This document shows, piece by piece, positions 23,933 to 37,405 of a DNA stretch of 64,000 bases. Position numbers and translations under genes: made by a program. The notes beneath the pieces are model-generated. The model saw only the letters and a program-made list of their open reading frames with translations. It was not told the DNA's origin and did no database searches. Positions within the stretch are counted from its first letter, which is position 1. Each line of letters begins with the position of its first letter. This stretch comes from Callorhinchus milii (lineage: Eukaryota): NCBI RefSeq assembly GCF_018977255.1, contig NW_024704742.1:109618001-109682000 (forward strand), written 5' to 3'.

Positions 23933-24512
23933 TACCTTTACTGCTACTGTTTAGATGCTTGTAAATCTAAATACCTAAATCCTTTGCTCTGCTACCCCTC
24001 TTTGTTTCTGGTTACTGGTGGATGACTACTACAGGTTAGATTATTGGGAACAGTAATGCTGAAAGTAAAGTAATAAATATGAAAGTAGCGGTTTATGGAT
24101 CTTGCAATGAACCTACCATGAAAGGAGAATGAATGTACTACAACAAACCCTGTACCTGGGTCAATGTCTCTATCACGACTTTGGCTGTAATCAAAAGAAA
24201 AACTGGTACATAACTGGAGGACACAGAGGGCGAGAAGTAGTGAACCCACACACTTTGATAAACTGACATCAAATGAGGAGGGTAGAGTAAACTAGTTTGG
24301 ATAGCTTTGGAACAGAGGCCGTTGAAAGAGAAAAACACTTCAGGTACCATATTATTCGATGTGTTTCAAGAATATGTCTGTGGGCACTCCTTATGCATAC
24401 TGATTGTGCACAAACACATCATAATACATGTAATGACAACACTTCAGTTATATCAGGGCAATAAACTGTGCTGTGCAGGACTCAATGGATATAAATGTAT
24501 TAGTAGTTCTTA

Positions 24513-24856
24513 CTATTCCCCTACTTACCTGCCCGTACGCTCTGTTCCTCTGGCTCCGGTCTGCTCCACATCCCCTGCTCTAACCGCGCTACCATCGGTG
24601 GCCGGGCTCTGGAACTCCATCCCCCAGTGCCTTCGCCTTGCTTCCTCCCTTTCCTCTTTCAAGGCCGGTCTCAAGACCTTTCTCTTCGACTGTGCCTTCA
24701 GCTCCCCTCTCGACTCTCTACCCCCTCCTTGCTCCCTCCCTTCCCTCCCCTCACCCTGACCATTTACCCCCTGCTCGGGTCCCGACCCAACTGTCCAGCA
24801 CCTTGGGACATCCTCCCGACGTGAAAGGCGCTCTATAAATGAAATGTTGTTGTTGG
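24513..24856 (+). mobile_element. Young L2 3' fragment (single-copy 3' UTR unit)
   Basis: High identity to the L2 3' end, with a TTG tail. Confidence 0.9.
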
Positions 24857-25094
24857 TGTACCATCTGCTCTCTTCAACAAACAGGAACCCTGTGGAGTGT
24901 TTGGCACGTCACAGGAGCACCACAATATGAGTACAAACATTTCACTACCTTATTTAAAGGAAGAAACAAAATGGATAAATTGTGGGAGAAAGATCAAAAT
25001 GATGATGGCCTTGGAACTGTTGAGGGAGAGGTAGCAATGGAAGATCCATCAGAATTTATCAACAACATAGGTACGATGACTCACTGAACCTTAG

Positions 25095-25590
25095 CAATAG
25101 GTTTGATCCGGAGTTATCCTTCAGATCCCTCATCCAGTCCCTGACCAGGACTGCCTTCTTCCACCTCTGCCACATCGCCCGCCTTTGACCTTTGAAACAC
25201 TGCTAAAACTCTCATTCATGCTTTTGTCACCTCCCACTTTGATTTTTCGAAATCACTTCTCGCCAGTTTCCTCAGCTCCACAAATGACGAGATCTAAATG
25301 ATACTAAACTCTGCCACCTGTGTCCTCACCCTTACCAGGCTCTGCACCCCCATTACCCCGGATTTTGCCAGTTTCCACTGGTCCTTTTTGCAGAATGGAT
25401 GAATTTCAAGATACTCGCTCTCACTTTCAAATAATTTCATACCCCAGCACCTCATCATCTTTGATCTGTTCACTCCGTGTTCCACTGCCTTCACCCGTGT
25501 CTTCTGCACGTCTTTCGTCCTCTCCACCCCACTATTGGCGGCCGTGCTTTCATCCACTATGTCCTAAATCCCTGGAATACCCTGCATCAA
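25095..25590 (+). mobile_element. Older L2 fragment
   Basis: Similar to the FDPELSF...TLIHAFVTS...IGGRAF region. Confidence 0.75.
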
Positions 25591-25630
25591 TCCCTGTTAT
25601 CTTATAAAAGAATAGAGCATGATAAACCAT

Positions 25631-25865
25631 CAACAACAGCAACAACAAGATTTCATTTATAGAGTGCCTTTCAGGTCGGGAGTACGTCCCAAGGCGATGG
25701 AAAGTTGGGTCGGGACCCGAGCAGGGGGAAATGGTGAAGGAAGGGAGCGAGGAGGGGGTAGAGAGTCGAGAGGGGAGCTGAAGGCATGGTCGAAGAGAAA
25801 GGTCTTGAGACCGGCCTTGAAGGAGGAAAGGGAGGAAGCAAGGCGAAGGCACTGGGGGATGGTGT
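25631..25865 (-). mobile_element. Young L2 3' fragment
   Basis: Reverse complement of the L2 3' UTR and tail. Confidence 0.9.
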
Positions 25866-26059
25866 TCCTGAGTGTGGATTGATGGCAAACTCTAATGGCA
25901 TAATAATTTGAAGGAACTGGTGAAGCAGCTGGAACGGTGAAATGTCCCTCAGGTTTTCCTGAACCAGGTGATATACATTGTAACAATATCCATGGTGAAG
26001 CTGAGTCTGCCGATAAACTGCACCATCATGTCTAGCTTGTTCACTAGGTAGTTGTAAAT

Positions 26060-26450
26060 AATTATAATAATAATCCCTGCATTTTTTGCAGCACCTATTC
26101 ACATTGGAAGGCCAGTTTTACTTGGGAGATTGTTAGCCAGAACACAAGGAAAACTCTTCTCTTTTCAGATAGTATCTTGTGATCATCAACATTCAACTGA
26201 ACAAGCACAGGAGACCTCATCTGGAGGGTCTTATGCTCTGAAACATTCCTGCATGAAGGATATATAATTATTTATAAATGTTATATAAATGCAAGTTATT
26301 GTTGTTGTTCATAACACCCCAAACAAGGCAGAACAGCCCCAGCACTGAACTGGAGTGTCAGCCCAGACTGTATAAGTTCATCTTGGGCCTTGAACTCACA
26401 ACTTTCTGACTCAAAAGGAAAAGTGCTACAAACTTAGCCAGACCGACACA
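26060..26450 (-). mobile_element. Degraded SacSINE1-like DeuSINE
   Basis: Minus-strand head tagcactt...gagtcagaaagttgtgagttcaagg...gctgacactccagt, similar to the 6974 and 42121 copies. Confidence 0.55.
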
Positions 26451-27245
26451 CAGGCAATGCAGATGCTTTGCTTGGGCTAATATCTGCTGTGATTGTGTGC
26501 TTCCTATGCCCTCTGTGTTAACAAACTACTCATTCTGTGTTTGTGAATCACCCTTTCCTACTCCATTGCCATATAGCCACTAATCAGTGAAATATATATG
26601 CACTTGGGTAGAAAACATCTCTCTATAGTTCATGTATGGAACTGATACTTTAAATTCATCTTCTTTGTTAATTTCACTGATGTCATGTTGAGTTAAACAC
26701 TAATGTAAGAAACTAGAGTGAAACACTTAAGTTTTTGATGTGCTATCTCAACTGTGCAGTGATGCAAGATATCCTCCTTAATGGCCTTAAAGTGCTAAAT
26801 TGACCTCCTTCCTCCCTTTTTGGTCAACATGTTAGCTTTTGTTTCTGAGGGGTAAGAATGCTAAACATGGACTATTTGTCCACTTACAAAATCTCTCCCA
26901 ATATTCTGGTTCTACTTTATGCACCTTTAGATTTTGACTAAAATTAAGGCACACAAGAATATCGGGCCCGAGCTGTTGCTTTAAATGTTCATGAAACAAC
27001 ATTGTTAAGAGTACAATCGGTCAGCTGGAAATACAAGGGGAAACTGAAGGCTTGGGGGAAGATATGTGAAGGACTCCTGCTCCGATTGGATCAATATATA
27101 AAATGATTAATTTCACATTTTTAATACCGTACTAGCAGTCAGTATTATTTTCTCCCCCCAACTTCCATATATACACACACAAATATTATGTCGCTGTTCA
27201 ACTTGGAGTGGAAATTTCTGAGTGCAATGATCAAGGTTTATTTAC

Positions 27246-28040
27246 ATAAGAACATAAGAAAAGCTAGATGGAAAAAAAAACAAGGTTCATTTAGTTCACC
27301 TTCCACCTTCTTGGCAGTTGCATGCACTTATGTCCTGAACTACCAATGTACTATATTCCATAATGTTATTTCCTAAAAGGAAACTATCTAATCTGTGTTT
27401 GAAGGAATCAACACTTCCTGCTTCTACCATCTCACTCGGGAACCTGTTCCGTGGGTTTACTATTTCGCTCATTGAAATAGTGTTTCCGTAGATTCGTTCT
27501 GAATTTCCCCTGCTTCAATCGCAGGCCGTGTCCTCTGGTTTTATTATTCTGTACTTGTTGAAACAGCCTGTCATGATCTATACTTACTGTCTTGCCCCTT
27601 TAGAATTTTAAAAACAGTAATCATGTCGCTTCTCAATCTTCTCTTTTCCAGTGTGAACATGCCCAATTTACTCAGTCTCTCCTCACCTCCAGTCCCTCCA
27701 TTTCCTCAATCATTCTGGTTGCCCTCCTCTGTATCCTTTTGATTTCTCCAATATCCTTTTTGTACTGAGGCGACCAGAACTGTAGACAATACTCTAAGTA
27801 TGGTCTCACCAATGATTTATACAATGGCAGGATTACTCCACTATATCAACTTACTTTAGATCTTTTGATACATCCCAAAGTCTAGTTTGCTTTACTCACT
27901 GCCACAGAGCATTGTTGCGAGAGTTTCAATTTATTGTCAATCGGACCCCCGTGTTCTTTCCATTTTCCATACATATTATTTTCCTTCCGTTCAAATAATA
28001 GTTGCTTCCTGGATTTTTTGTCACCAAGATTTATAATTGA
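27246..28040 (-). mobile_element. CR1 LINE 3' fragment
   Basis: ataagaacataaga tail and a CR1 RT C-terminal signature (ccagaactgtagacaatactc). Confidence 0.75.
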
Positions 28041-30983
28041 ATTTACCATTCCAAATCAATGTTTTTTTTATTCTCTTCAGCTTTATTTTTTGTAGATACA
28101 GGGAATGCTGCTTTCCTGATGACTATGTTTTAAAAAAAGACTGACTTCCGGGTTGTTAGGTCCCCATGTAGTCACTTTCTTGCCTGTTGCACATGCAGAA
28201 AGTGCAGCAATTGACACCCCACATTTGTACTCAACCCATAGGAAGTGACATGACCTGATGACCCAGAAAGTAGCCTTTTTTTGTACCTTGCTATTACGTG
28301 GCCAGTAAGACATTTCACCGAGCCAACTAAGCTATAATGCGATTTCCTGTAACTACTTTCTATGCAAGAACATTTTATGTTGAAGAAAAGTACATCAATA
28401 TTTGGAAACATTTAAATGACTTTTAGTACTTTAAGAGTTAGTCACTCTGAATAAAGTCTAACTTACAGTCTAAAATATGTGATTACATAACTATTTAATA
28501 TGAGTTACCTGGATATGGGGAAAGCAGACCTCCTCCTCCAGTAATATTCTCAATGCCAATGTCCTGAAGCAGGGGAGCACATTTTGCTTTTGAATTGCAG
28601 AATAGCAGCTTGCTGAGTTTTAGTGAAGCTGTGATCCAAGTAACAGGCAGTTGAAAATCCATGCTGTGTGAGTCAGAAGACAAATGTACAACTAGATTTA
28701 AGAGCGTTGGCGTTGAGAACAGATCCTGCACATTCAATACTTAAGGAATTCGTATTCAGTACTTAATTAATCTTGTAATTTAGATGACAAGTTAGGCCCA
28801 AATACATCTTCTACATATAATTTGTTTTGTTCAAAGTGGCAATCCCCAACATGCTTTTCTATTCTCATTAGCTTTTAATTTTTGTAGGTTAATAATTTTT
28901 ATGCAATTTTGAAAAAAATGTAATTTTTCTGTTTTAATGTGATTGTATTTTGATGGTAGATACATTGGAATAATAATTAGGAGAAAGACTAGTTGAAAGC
29001 AGATTTTTAATTGAAAAATGGAACATAGTTATTGTTTATAAAAACATAGATTACCTGTGCTTGTGGTGAAAAGAAACACTTCTCTAAGAGGAACGGAAGG
29101 AGAATAAATGGGGGAAGTCTTAACACAAGAGTATTTCAAAGTTGAAATCAATCACGGCATTAGATGCTCAAGACCTCCCTTGTGTCTGGTCCCACATGTA
29201 GATTATCTCACAAAGTCATTGTAATTAATGTCTCATCTTTCACTTCATCACACACAAGAAAGACAAATTTAAGTAACTTTATCATTCAATAGAGATTTAT
29301 TTATTGTCTTCAGTTCATGAACTTCCTTGCAAGCTGAAAGGGTTCAAAAGGGTGAAGGGTGAAACATTTAGTAAATACTGTTAAAATGGTCTGACTGCAT
29401 GCAGCATTCATTCAAAGACAAATTTATTGTTATTGCAATCTATCTGTTCTGACCCAGCTGCATGCTTGCTGATGTGTGAGTGGGTGCCTGAGATAATGGA
29501 CCGAAATGGTGGTACTTATTTTCATGTTGGGCACCAAGGTCAATGGGGAAAATGGAAGTATTGGAGCCTGTTTCTCAGTAACTTCATGCCCTCTGCCCTT
29601 CGGTCTGTCTATAACATTGACCCACCAAGTTCAAGCAGGGACCAGTCATTTCTAAAACGTCATGTAGCTGTTTGTCGAAGGCTTCAGGATATTCTGCAGC
29701 AAACCTTAGCGCTGAATATTCCATTAAAATTGAACTGTCACACTAGCTGAGTAAAACCTCAAGGTGACCTAATGAAGGGGATTGTTTTTCTACTTCCTCT
29801 GAGTAGAAAGAGAATAAGAAACTCTTATTGTGTACCAGGAGGAAGCTTTTTCCAGCTATAGTATGAAAGCTACCAAGTTAGGTGCATAGTCAGAGTAAAT
29901 TATTTTTGCTTTTTAAAAAAATTGCAGCAATTTCAATGAATACTTGTTATATGTATCTTGGTAAATATATATTTTATTATATATAAATATAAATTTATAT
30001 ATTTACTAATAGACATATATATAGCATATTTACCATTCAGATCATGAATATTATGCATTTTGTAATAAAAAGCTTTGTATTTGATGCTCATTGTATTTCT
30101 ACATTGCTCTTTATTGGAGATACCAGCTGAACAGACAAATTCCCATTTTACTGTACTCATAAAATGGTGCAGTTTAAACATACAGTGCAGTCTGAAGTTT
30201 CCTTGAAATAGAAATGCACTGTTCAAAGGATTATACACCTAGGGCATGTCAAAATTAAAAATGTGAATGGATACCGAATTGATTCAGGCTTGCTTATCTA
30301 CAGTACCAGTTAGACCATACAGAAATACACTCTAAGTGACATAAAAGAAATTGTAACGGATTTCATTTCTGTATGTTGACCTGTTTGACATAAATCTGTC
30401 AAATAAACTTCTGATCGCTCACACATTACACATTTTCTTCCTTTCAATCCTTCTCCAATATCCTGTGTTAATTTTCTAAGGTAGAATTTTTATGCTTATT
30501 AAAAACATTGTATTAAGCTGCAGGCTATAAAAAGAGATTGCGTTTTCCTTCTTTTTCACAAGATTAAACCACCAGGTATTTTTTTTAAAAAAGAATATCA
30601 ATGACAGAGAAACCTTGTATAACTGCTGTGACACAGATTTTCAAATTTGTCCTTCACATGTTGAGCAAAGTTAATAAAGTTAGTTGAAATTAAAAATCCG
30701 TCATAGTTTTATTATTATGAAGACTTAAAGATGTAATGAGAATCGTCAAACTAAAGTTGCGTGGATTATTTGCTTTGCATTGTAGGCTGATACGAGTATG
30801 GTACCTCTGAAGAACATTTCATGATTGACACAATAATCTATGCAGAGTGAAAATTGAAGCAGCTGTCTATTTTCTTCTTATAAGAATTAAAGTAGTGATT
30901 CTAAGTGGATTCACTGAATAGAATAAAATTGTTAGAGATCTAGCAGTAGATACATTTTCCTCTCAAGCGTTAATTATTGGAGT

Positions 30984-31301
30984 GGAGTCCTGTAGCTCAG
31001 TGGTTAGAGCGCTCGCTTTGCAAGTGAGAGACCTGAGTTCAATTCCAGGCAGAGGGCGAAACCTTGGGCAAGTTTCCTTACTCCACACACCTAATAATAA
31101 TCCCTCCACAAAACAAAACAATAATAAATTGGTCATTTTCAATCCATGACTGTTTGTGGGACATTGCTGTGTGCAATTGGCTGCCGCGTTTGCCCACAAA
31201 TATACAGTCAATTCACTTTACAGTATATTCTGTGAAGCGCTTTGGGACGTCTATAAGACGTGAAAAGCGTTATATCAAATGCAAGGATTATTATTATTAT
31301 T
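30984..31301 (+). mobile_element. Full-length tRNA-Ala-like SINE
   Basis: Intact head (anticodon position TGC), core and (TTA)n tail. Possible degenerate TSD attattggagt/attattgaaat. Confidence 0.9.
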
Positions 31302-32704
31302 GAAATAATTAATAAACATATTGCACAACTGAAAGCTACAATGAGATTCCAAGGGATTTGTGCTTGTTGGTTCAGGTACTTTAAGGTGGAACACCATTTG
31401 TTACATATAGTTTTCACAACCTAAAAGGTCTGTGTATCACCTAATAGATTTAAAGTATTTAGAGACTGATATGTAGGACACGGTTTACCAAACTGATAAG
31501 CATCACATTAGTTACATAACGATAGTTTATGGAAGTAACAATTGCTGGTGAGATGTGACTGTGATCCTTTTTATTATACAAAAATGGGTCAGCCTTTGTG
31601 TCTCATCGCTAAGAATGTGCTCTATTGTTGGGGTGTCACAGCATTTTGACATCTGTGACCTTTGCATTTTGATGATTTATCGCTGTCCATCGTCTTGCTT
31701 TCAGAGAGCCAAATTGCCCTTTTCCCCCCACTAGGGGGTATCAAAACCTTTTGCAGCAGGAGCTGGTTTTGTGAAAACTATTTTTTGTTTTCTGCTTCAT
31801 GCCGCCAGATGTCGCAAAGGTATCGTTTGAAGAATCTTCTCACAAAGATTGAACACATATGTAAAATTCACTTATTTATTTCTCTGAAAATATGCAGAGG
31901 TCTTCACAGGTGATTGAACTGTCCAGCAATAGCAAAATGTTTGTATGCGAGCTGGCCTGAGGAAACCCTCAGTGTTCTTTCGTATATAACATAGAAGAAA
32001 AGTAGAAGAGTTTCAGCATGCCTATTTCGGAGCTTTAACATTGAAAAGTTCAACCAAATAAAGAAAGAGTTTGGTAAAACTTAAACTTTTTCAAGAGTGA
32101 AGGCCCTGTGCCATTTTCCATACTCTTAAATATTTTATCATTTAACATTTCAATAATATTGTTGAAAACTTTAGATACTAAATATAATAATAATAATAAA
32201 AGTCACAGTACACCGCATTTCAATATTGTGTAATTCATTGAATATAAAAATATCACATCAGTCAGCACAAGTTTAATTAAAAAGTTGAATACTTGGCTTC
32301 AGCTTCACTCATCAGTTTTCATCAATGCAAATATTGAAATTATATGTTAAATGCAAATATTAAATTTAAATATTCTTACAAACATTTTGCATTGCTTTAA
32401 GGAACTTTAAGATGTATTTTCACAAAATATGTTTAAATAATGTAATTGCTTCTCAAATTATATAAATCAACAATTAACATAAATGTTAACATAATCAATA
32501 TATTAATATTTTATAAATCTTTGAGGTGACTGTCAATTTCAGCAGCAGTGCCACTTTCTATTTTTGTATAACTTATGTTTTTGTTTAACTTTCAATTCCC
32601 CAGATTTATGTCCTCTCATACTACAGCGATTTCTCTGTTGAGGTTCTAAAGAGGATGTTTTTGGGTGTTTTGCTCTTCATTTTATTTCATTTTATCCTTG
32701 TAAG

Positions 32705-32835
32705 AAAACATAGCCATAGACATTTGCAGCACAGATGAGGACCATTCAGCCCATCATGTTTATGCTGGCATTTTTAAGAGCAATCCTTTCAGTCCCATGA
32801 CCTGTCCTTTGTCCATAACCCTGTAGCTTACTTTA
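32705..32835 (-). mobile_element. CR1 3' end fragment
   Basis: cagcacagatgaggaccattcagcccatc, similar to the 44260 and 45066 copies. Confidence 0.6.
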
Positions 32836-33544
32836 ACCTGTGATTCACGCACCTTCCTCACTGGTATTCCTGCAGAGAATTGTAATGTGTCACATGTGAA
32901 CTCCAGAGGTGAATACTGTCACTTTTAAAGTGATGTAAGAATGATTAAATTATTTAATGATTTAATTATCATTCCTTACTATGGGTATGGTCGGATATGG
33001 TGAAAGGGCGAGGCCTTCGGGTTAAAAGATCTAGTAATATTTTATCAACTGATGGAACAGACTTGATTGAATAAATGACCTAATCATGTTTTGCTATTTT
33101 CCAATATTACAGCTTTGAAACAATAAGGTAAAATTTATATTTGGTTTTGTCTTTTTCTAAATTGTTTTAATAATAATATGTATGATTTAATGTTTCTTCA
33201 ACCCGTAAATTCTAGTTTTGCCCTGGAAAATAAGTTATAGTCTCTTTGCCTCTCTCACTAAGGATTCCTGTACGTCACAAGGGAAAAAAGATTGGGGGAA
33301 TTACCCCATTTTTTTCTGAACAAAACAGTTTGAAATGTGAAATTAAGTAGAATTAAATTTTTAAGGATTTGAAAATGTGGTTTATGAAAGTGAATTGCTG
33401 TGTCTCATCTACATGCAGCAACATCTTTCATTTCCCTGCTTGATATATACAACTAGATTTCTCAACCATTTTGAGAAATCATCATCAAGCTTGTTGCTTC
33501 AATGTTGCAGGTAGGATTTATCTTGAATAATTCCTTGGGAGTTC

Positions 33545-34730
33545 AAGATATTGACAGGGCACTGCATCAGGCAACAACGGCAACTTTATATCACAGCCTT
33601 AACGTGGTGTAGCATCTCACAGCACTTGTTCAAGTATTCCCTAGGCTCCCCACATTCACATCTGGGCTCGTTTCTCAGCTTCCACTTGGTCATATTTTCA
33701 TCAGTCTTTGGCCTTTCCCACCATTTTGTTACTCTGTAACCTTCCACAGTGCTATATTGGGGAAAGGGATTTTTAGAGGCAAAGCTCTTTCTGGACTTCA
33801 GACACTTGGGTGATGGAATATGTTTACACAGTGGGGTCATAGATCATATATATATTTTGTCTCCCCTTTTTATTGAAGGCTTCCTGCCTCACTGATGGTG
33901 GTGCAATCCCCGAGAGGCAGTATAGCAACAGTGTGGGAATCAGTTTCAAAGTCCCTGTGATGCTCCTACGGTTCAGTATCAATTTTGTGTGCATGGCTCA
34001 AGTGTGTCCATACGCAGAGTGAGACTGGTTGCTTGGAGTGTTTTGGGGTCAGCTTCCCATTTTGTATCGGAGTTCACTTTACTTTTCAGCTTCCTGATGT
34101 GCTGTTTGAATTCCAGTGTTCGGTCTAATGTGACCCCCCCAGTACACAATATTCATACAACAACAACAAAATTACATTTATAGAGCGCCTTTCACGTCGG
34201 GAGGATGTCCCAAAGCGCTGAACAGTCAGGTGTCGTATTCGTATAGTGCTCAATTATTGTAACATCCCATGTCATATGGAACTTTTGCTTGGCCTGATTG
34301 GGTTTCAGGTAGAAGGTACACACTTGTGTCTTGCTAAGGTTACATCCAGGGACCATGTGTGATAGTATTCTCCAAGTACACTCAGGGAGTTCATTAGGAT
34401 ATGCTGAATATCCTCAAATCTTTCCGATCGGGTGGCGATGCAGAGATAAATGTTCGCACGTTGGAATTTCTGTTTGGTCATTTGTATAGGGATTGAGCAG
34501 CAGGCACTGAACTTTGAGACAATCCATTCTGTTGAGTCCACCACCGAATTTTCGGACAATCCATCTCGACAAACAAACATTGATTCTGGAGTAGGTATAA
34601 GAGTTGGAAGAGAGGACCTGGACTTTTTTGCTATTTCTTAAAATTCTTGCCAGTTTCAGTCGAAGTGCATGATGATTCAGTGTCGTAAGTAGCTGACAGA
34701 TCAACAAACACAACCCCTGTAATTTTGCAA
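33545..34730 (-). mobile_element. Degraded Vingi/Ingi-like (I-group) LINE fragment
   Basis: Minus-strand translation across frameshifts gives GVVFVDLSATYDT.NH, LLNPYTNDQ, LGEYYHTWSL, SKTQVCTFYL, GVTLDRTLEFKQH, KWEADPKTL, and C-terminal KWKL...CECGE. Confidence 0.65.
34158..34225 (-). mobile_element. Minimal L2/SINE-type 3' end insertion nested in the Vingi-like element
   Basis: Only the hairpin, TATAAATG and (TTG)n are present. Confidence 0.75.
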
Positions 34731-35039
34731 ATGGAAGATGCTATATAGGTGCAAATTGTTATTATTGTGAATACTGAGCAGGGACATTTTTGAGGTTGGA
34801 GTTGAAGTGTGTTATTGAGCCAATGTAGGCATACAATTGTATTGAAATGCTCTCTCTGGCTTTTGAGTAGATGCTGTCACGGTGTGCACAATGGATAAAA
34901 ATGTCCTCCAGCTCTGTCACCTTCAGTTTGATGAGTACCTGAGTGAAAGAAAATAATGTTTAAAAAAATTGTCATTACTTTAACTTAACAAGTAGTTTCA
35001 CTGAAATGACAATGACGGCATTTCCTTGAGAATAATAGT

Positions 35040-35365
35040 AAATAATAATCCTTGTAAGCACTTGATATTGTGCCTTTCGTGTTGGGAGGTCATCTGAGAA
35101 GCAATTCACAGGATTTACTGTAACCTGTAAACTGTAATGATTTTACGTTTTGAAGGCAAAGTGGCAGCCTATTTGCACACAACAGTGACCCACAAATAAC
35201 CATGAATTGAATGACCAATTTCCTCTGACGGATTGATGGCCAGGAGAAAGTCTCTTCTCCTTTTGAATGGTGCCAAGCTATCTTTAATGTCCACTTGAAC
35301 AGGCAAAAAGGACCTCAGATTAACGCCCCATCCAAAGGATTGCACATCCCACAATATAGCACACC
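35040..35365 (-). mobile_element. Degraded DeuSINE
   Basis: Reverse complement contains cctgttcaagtggacattaaagat and the TGTGCAAAT.GGCTGCC core. Confidence 0.6.
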
Positions 35366-35609
35366 TTTTGTTGCCTTTCTAACTATTGATTACTTTGAGT
35401 TTCTTTATTAACGTATGTTCTGCATATATCTACCTTTGTTAAAGATTTCAGACCAAATTCGTTAGATCTGGATTTTAATCAGTCTTCATTTTTGAAAATG
35501 TATATTAAAAAAAAGGTAAACACATCTGTCCTGACCTTCTAAAGCGTTCCTCAGTAACTTAACTCCTAAAGTATATTTTATTATCCTTGTCATTTTTCTC
35601 TTGAAGCCA

Positions 35610-36100
35610 TTTGATTTCAAGATCCTCATCCTCACGTACAAGGCCATTCACGGCCTTGCTCCCTCCTACCTCTCCAACCTACTATCCCCCTACCTACCTG
35701 CCCGTACCCTCCGTTCTCTGGCTCCGGTCTGCTCCACGTCCCCGCCCCAACCGCCCTACTATCGGTGGTCGGGCCTTCAGCCTCTCAGCCCCGAGGCTCT
35801 GGAACTCCATCCCCCAGTGCCTTCGCCTTGCTTCCTCCCTTTCCTCCTTCAAGGCCGGTCTCAAAACCTTTCTCTTTGACCGTGCCTTCAGCTCCCCTCT
35901 CGACTCTCTTCCTCCTCCTCGCTCCCTCCCTTCCCTCCCCTCACCCTGACCATTTCCCCCTCCTCTCTCCCTCCCTTCCCTCCCCTCACCCTGACCATTT
36001 CCCCTGCTCGGGTCATGACCCAACTGTGCAGCGCCTTGGGACGTCCTCCTGACGTGAAAGGCGCTCTATAAATGGAATCTTGTTGTTGTTGTTGTTGTTG
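35610..36100 (+). mobile_element. Young L2 3' fragment (duplicated 3' UTR unit)
   Basis: [19 protein letters not shown]...(TTG)n. Confidence 0.95.
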
Positions 36101-36789
36101 TCTCTTTTTTTCCCCCATTACTAAGAAGATTCCTAGCCCTTCACTTAAATGGCTCCTATTCATGTATGAACCTTGACATCAGGTGTCTACAAGCTCTTCA
36201 GCCATCGAAGGGCTCGGGCATCACAGCCAATTCTAATCCTGTCTTTACCTAACATCTACACCAAGCCTCATTCAAAAGCGATCACGAGATAGTAATCAGA
36301 AACAGGAATTCTGGCTGTTTTTTTTTCTTCATCATCCTGAGGTACTGAGGCGCATTGCAGCACCTTTTACTTATTCCAGCAGAGATCACCTAAACGTAAC
36401 ACAGAGCATGGAATGAAGAACATAAGACCTTTCCAGTTTGTATGGCTGAATTGTATTGTGTCACATGGGTAATGTGAAAACTCCTTAAAACATTGGAAGA
36501 ATTCTCATCTGTTCATCAACACACATTCTACTATGTTTCTTTAGGTGTCTCTTTCTGTTGTCTGCAATGTTTTTCTATTGTCCTTTGTTCGTCCAATAAT
36601 CATTTAGCTCTTCATTTTCAGAAGACATTTTCAGTTCTGCATGTGATATTTGTAAAGAAAATTTAGCTCATGGAATTAATTGTAAATGAGCTAGTTGTAA
36701 TGAACAATGGCAGAGCAATAAGAAACAGATGGTAAATACAAAAGTATTTATTGACAAGCAGAATTCTGAGTCTGTGCTTCTGGCTCCCT

Positions 36790-37405
36790 CTCCTTACTAT
36801 TTGTCAATGACTTGGAGGAGAATACTTCTTGTTGATCATTCAAGCGATGTAGCTAGGTGAACAATATAAAGAAGAAAACAATAGTATATAAGATTATCTG
36901 GATCAATTCAGGAAATGGGCATGGATGTGACAGGGATTTAATATAGATAAATGCAAAGTAATGCAGAAATAAGCCTCTATTAGAAGAGATGGAAAAGGAA
37001 AAGAATTTTAGGTTTAATTATGTATCATTTATTGAATGTTATCATTTATTGACTGCTCAAAGTCAATAAACACAAGGTTCCAACATGAGGGCATTTGACT
37101 ATAAACCAAAGAAAGTTATTCTTATCTTGTCTAGATCACTGAAATATCGTGTGCAGTTTTAGACAATCTAATTTCTTAAAAGCTTTGGAACATTAGAGAA
37201 TATTCAGTGAAAAGCAACATGACAAATATGATTTTACAGATTTTATTTATGAGGAGAAACTCACAGATCTGAACTTGCCTTAGTTCAAATATTAGACGAT
37301 AGAGAAAAATTATGATTAATATAAATTGCTTAATTGGAGGAACAAACACTGACATTAATACAGGGTTTGAATGGCCACCTACTGTGATGTAGATTTTGCG
37401 GTTCT
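36790..37405 (+). mobile_element. Highly degraded CR1 fragment
   Basis: tttaatatagataaatgcaaagtaatgca (FNIDKCKVM) and gaaatatcgtgtgcagttt (EY.VQF-like). Confidence 0.55.
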
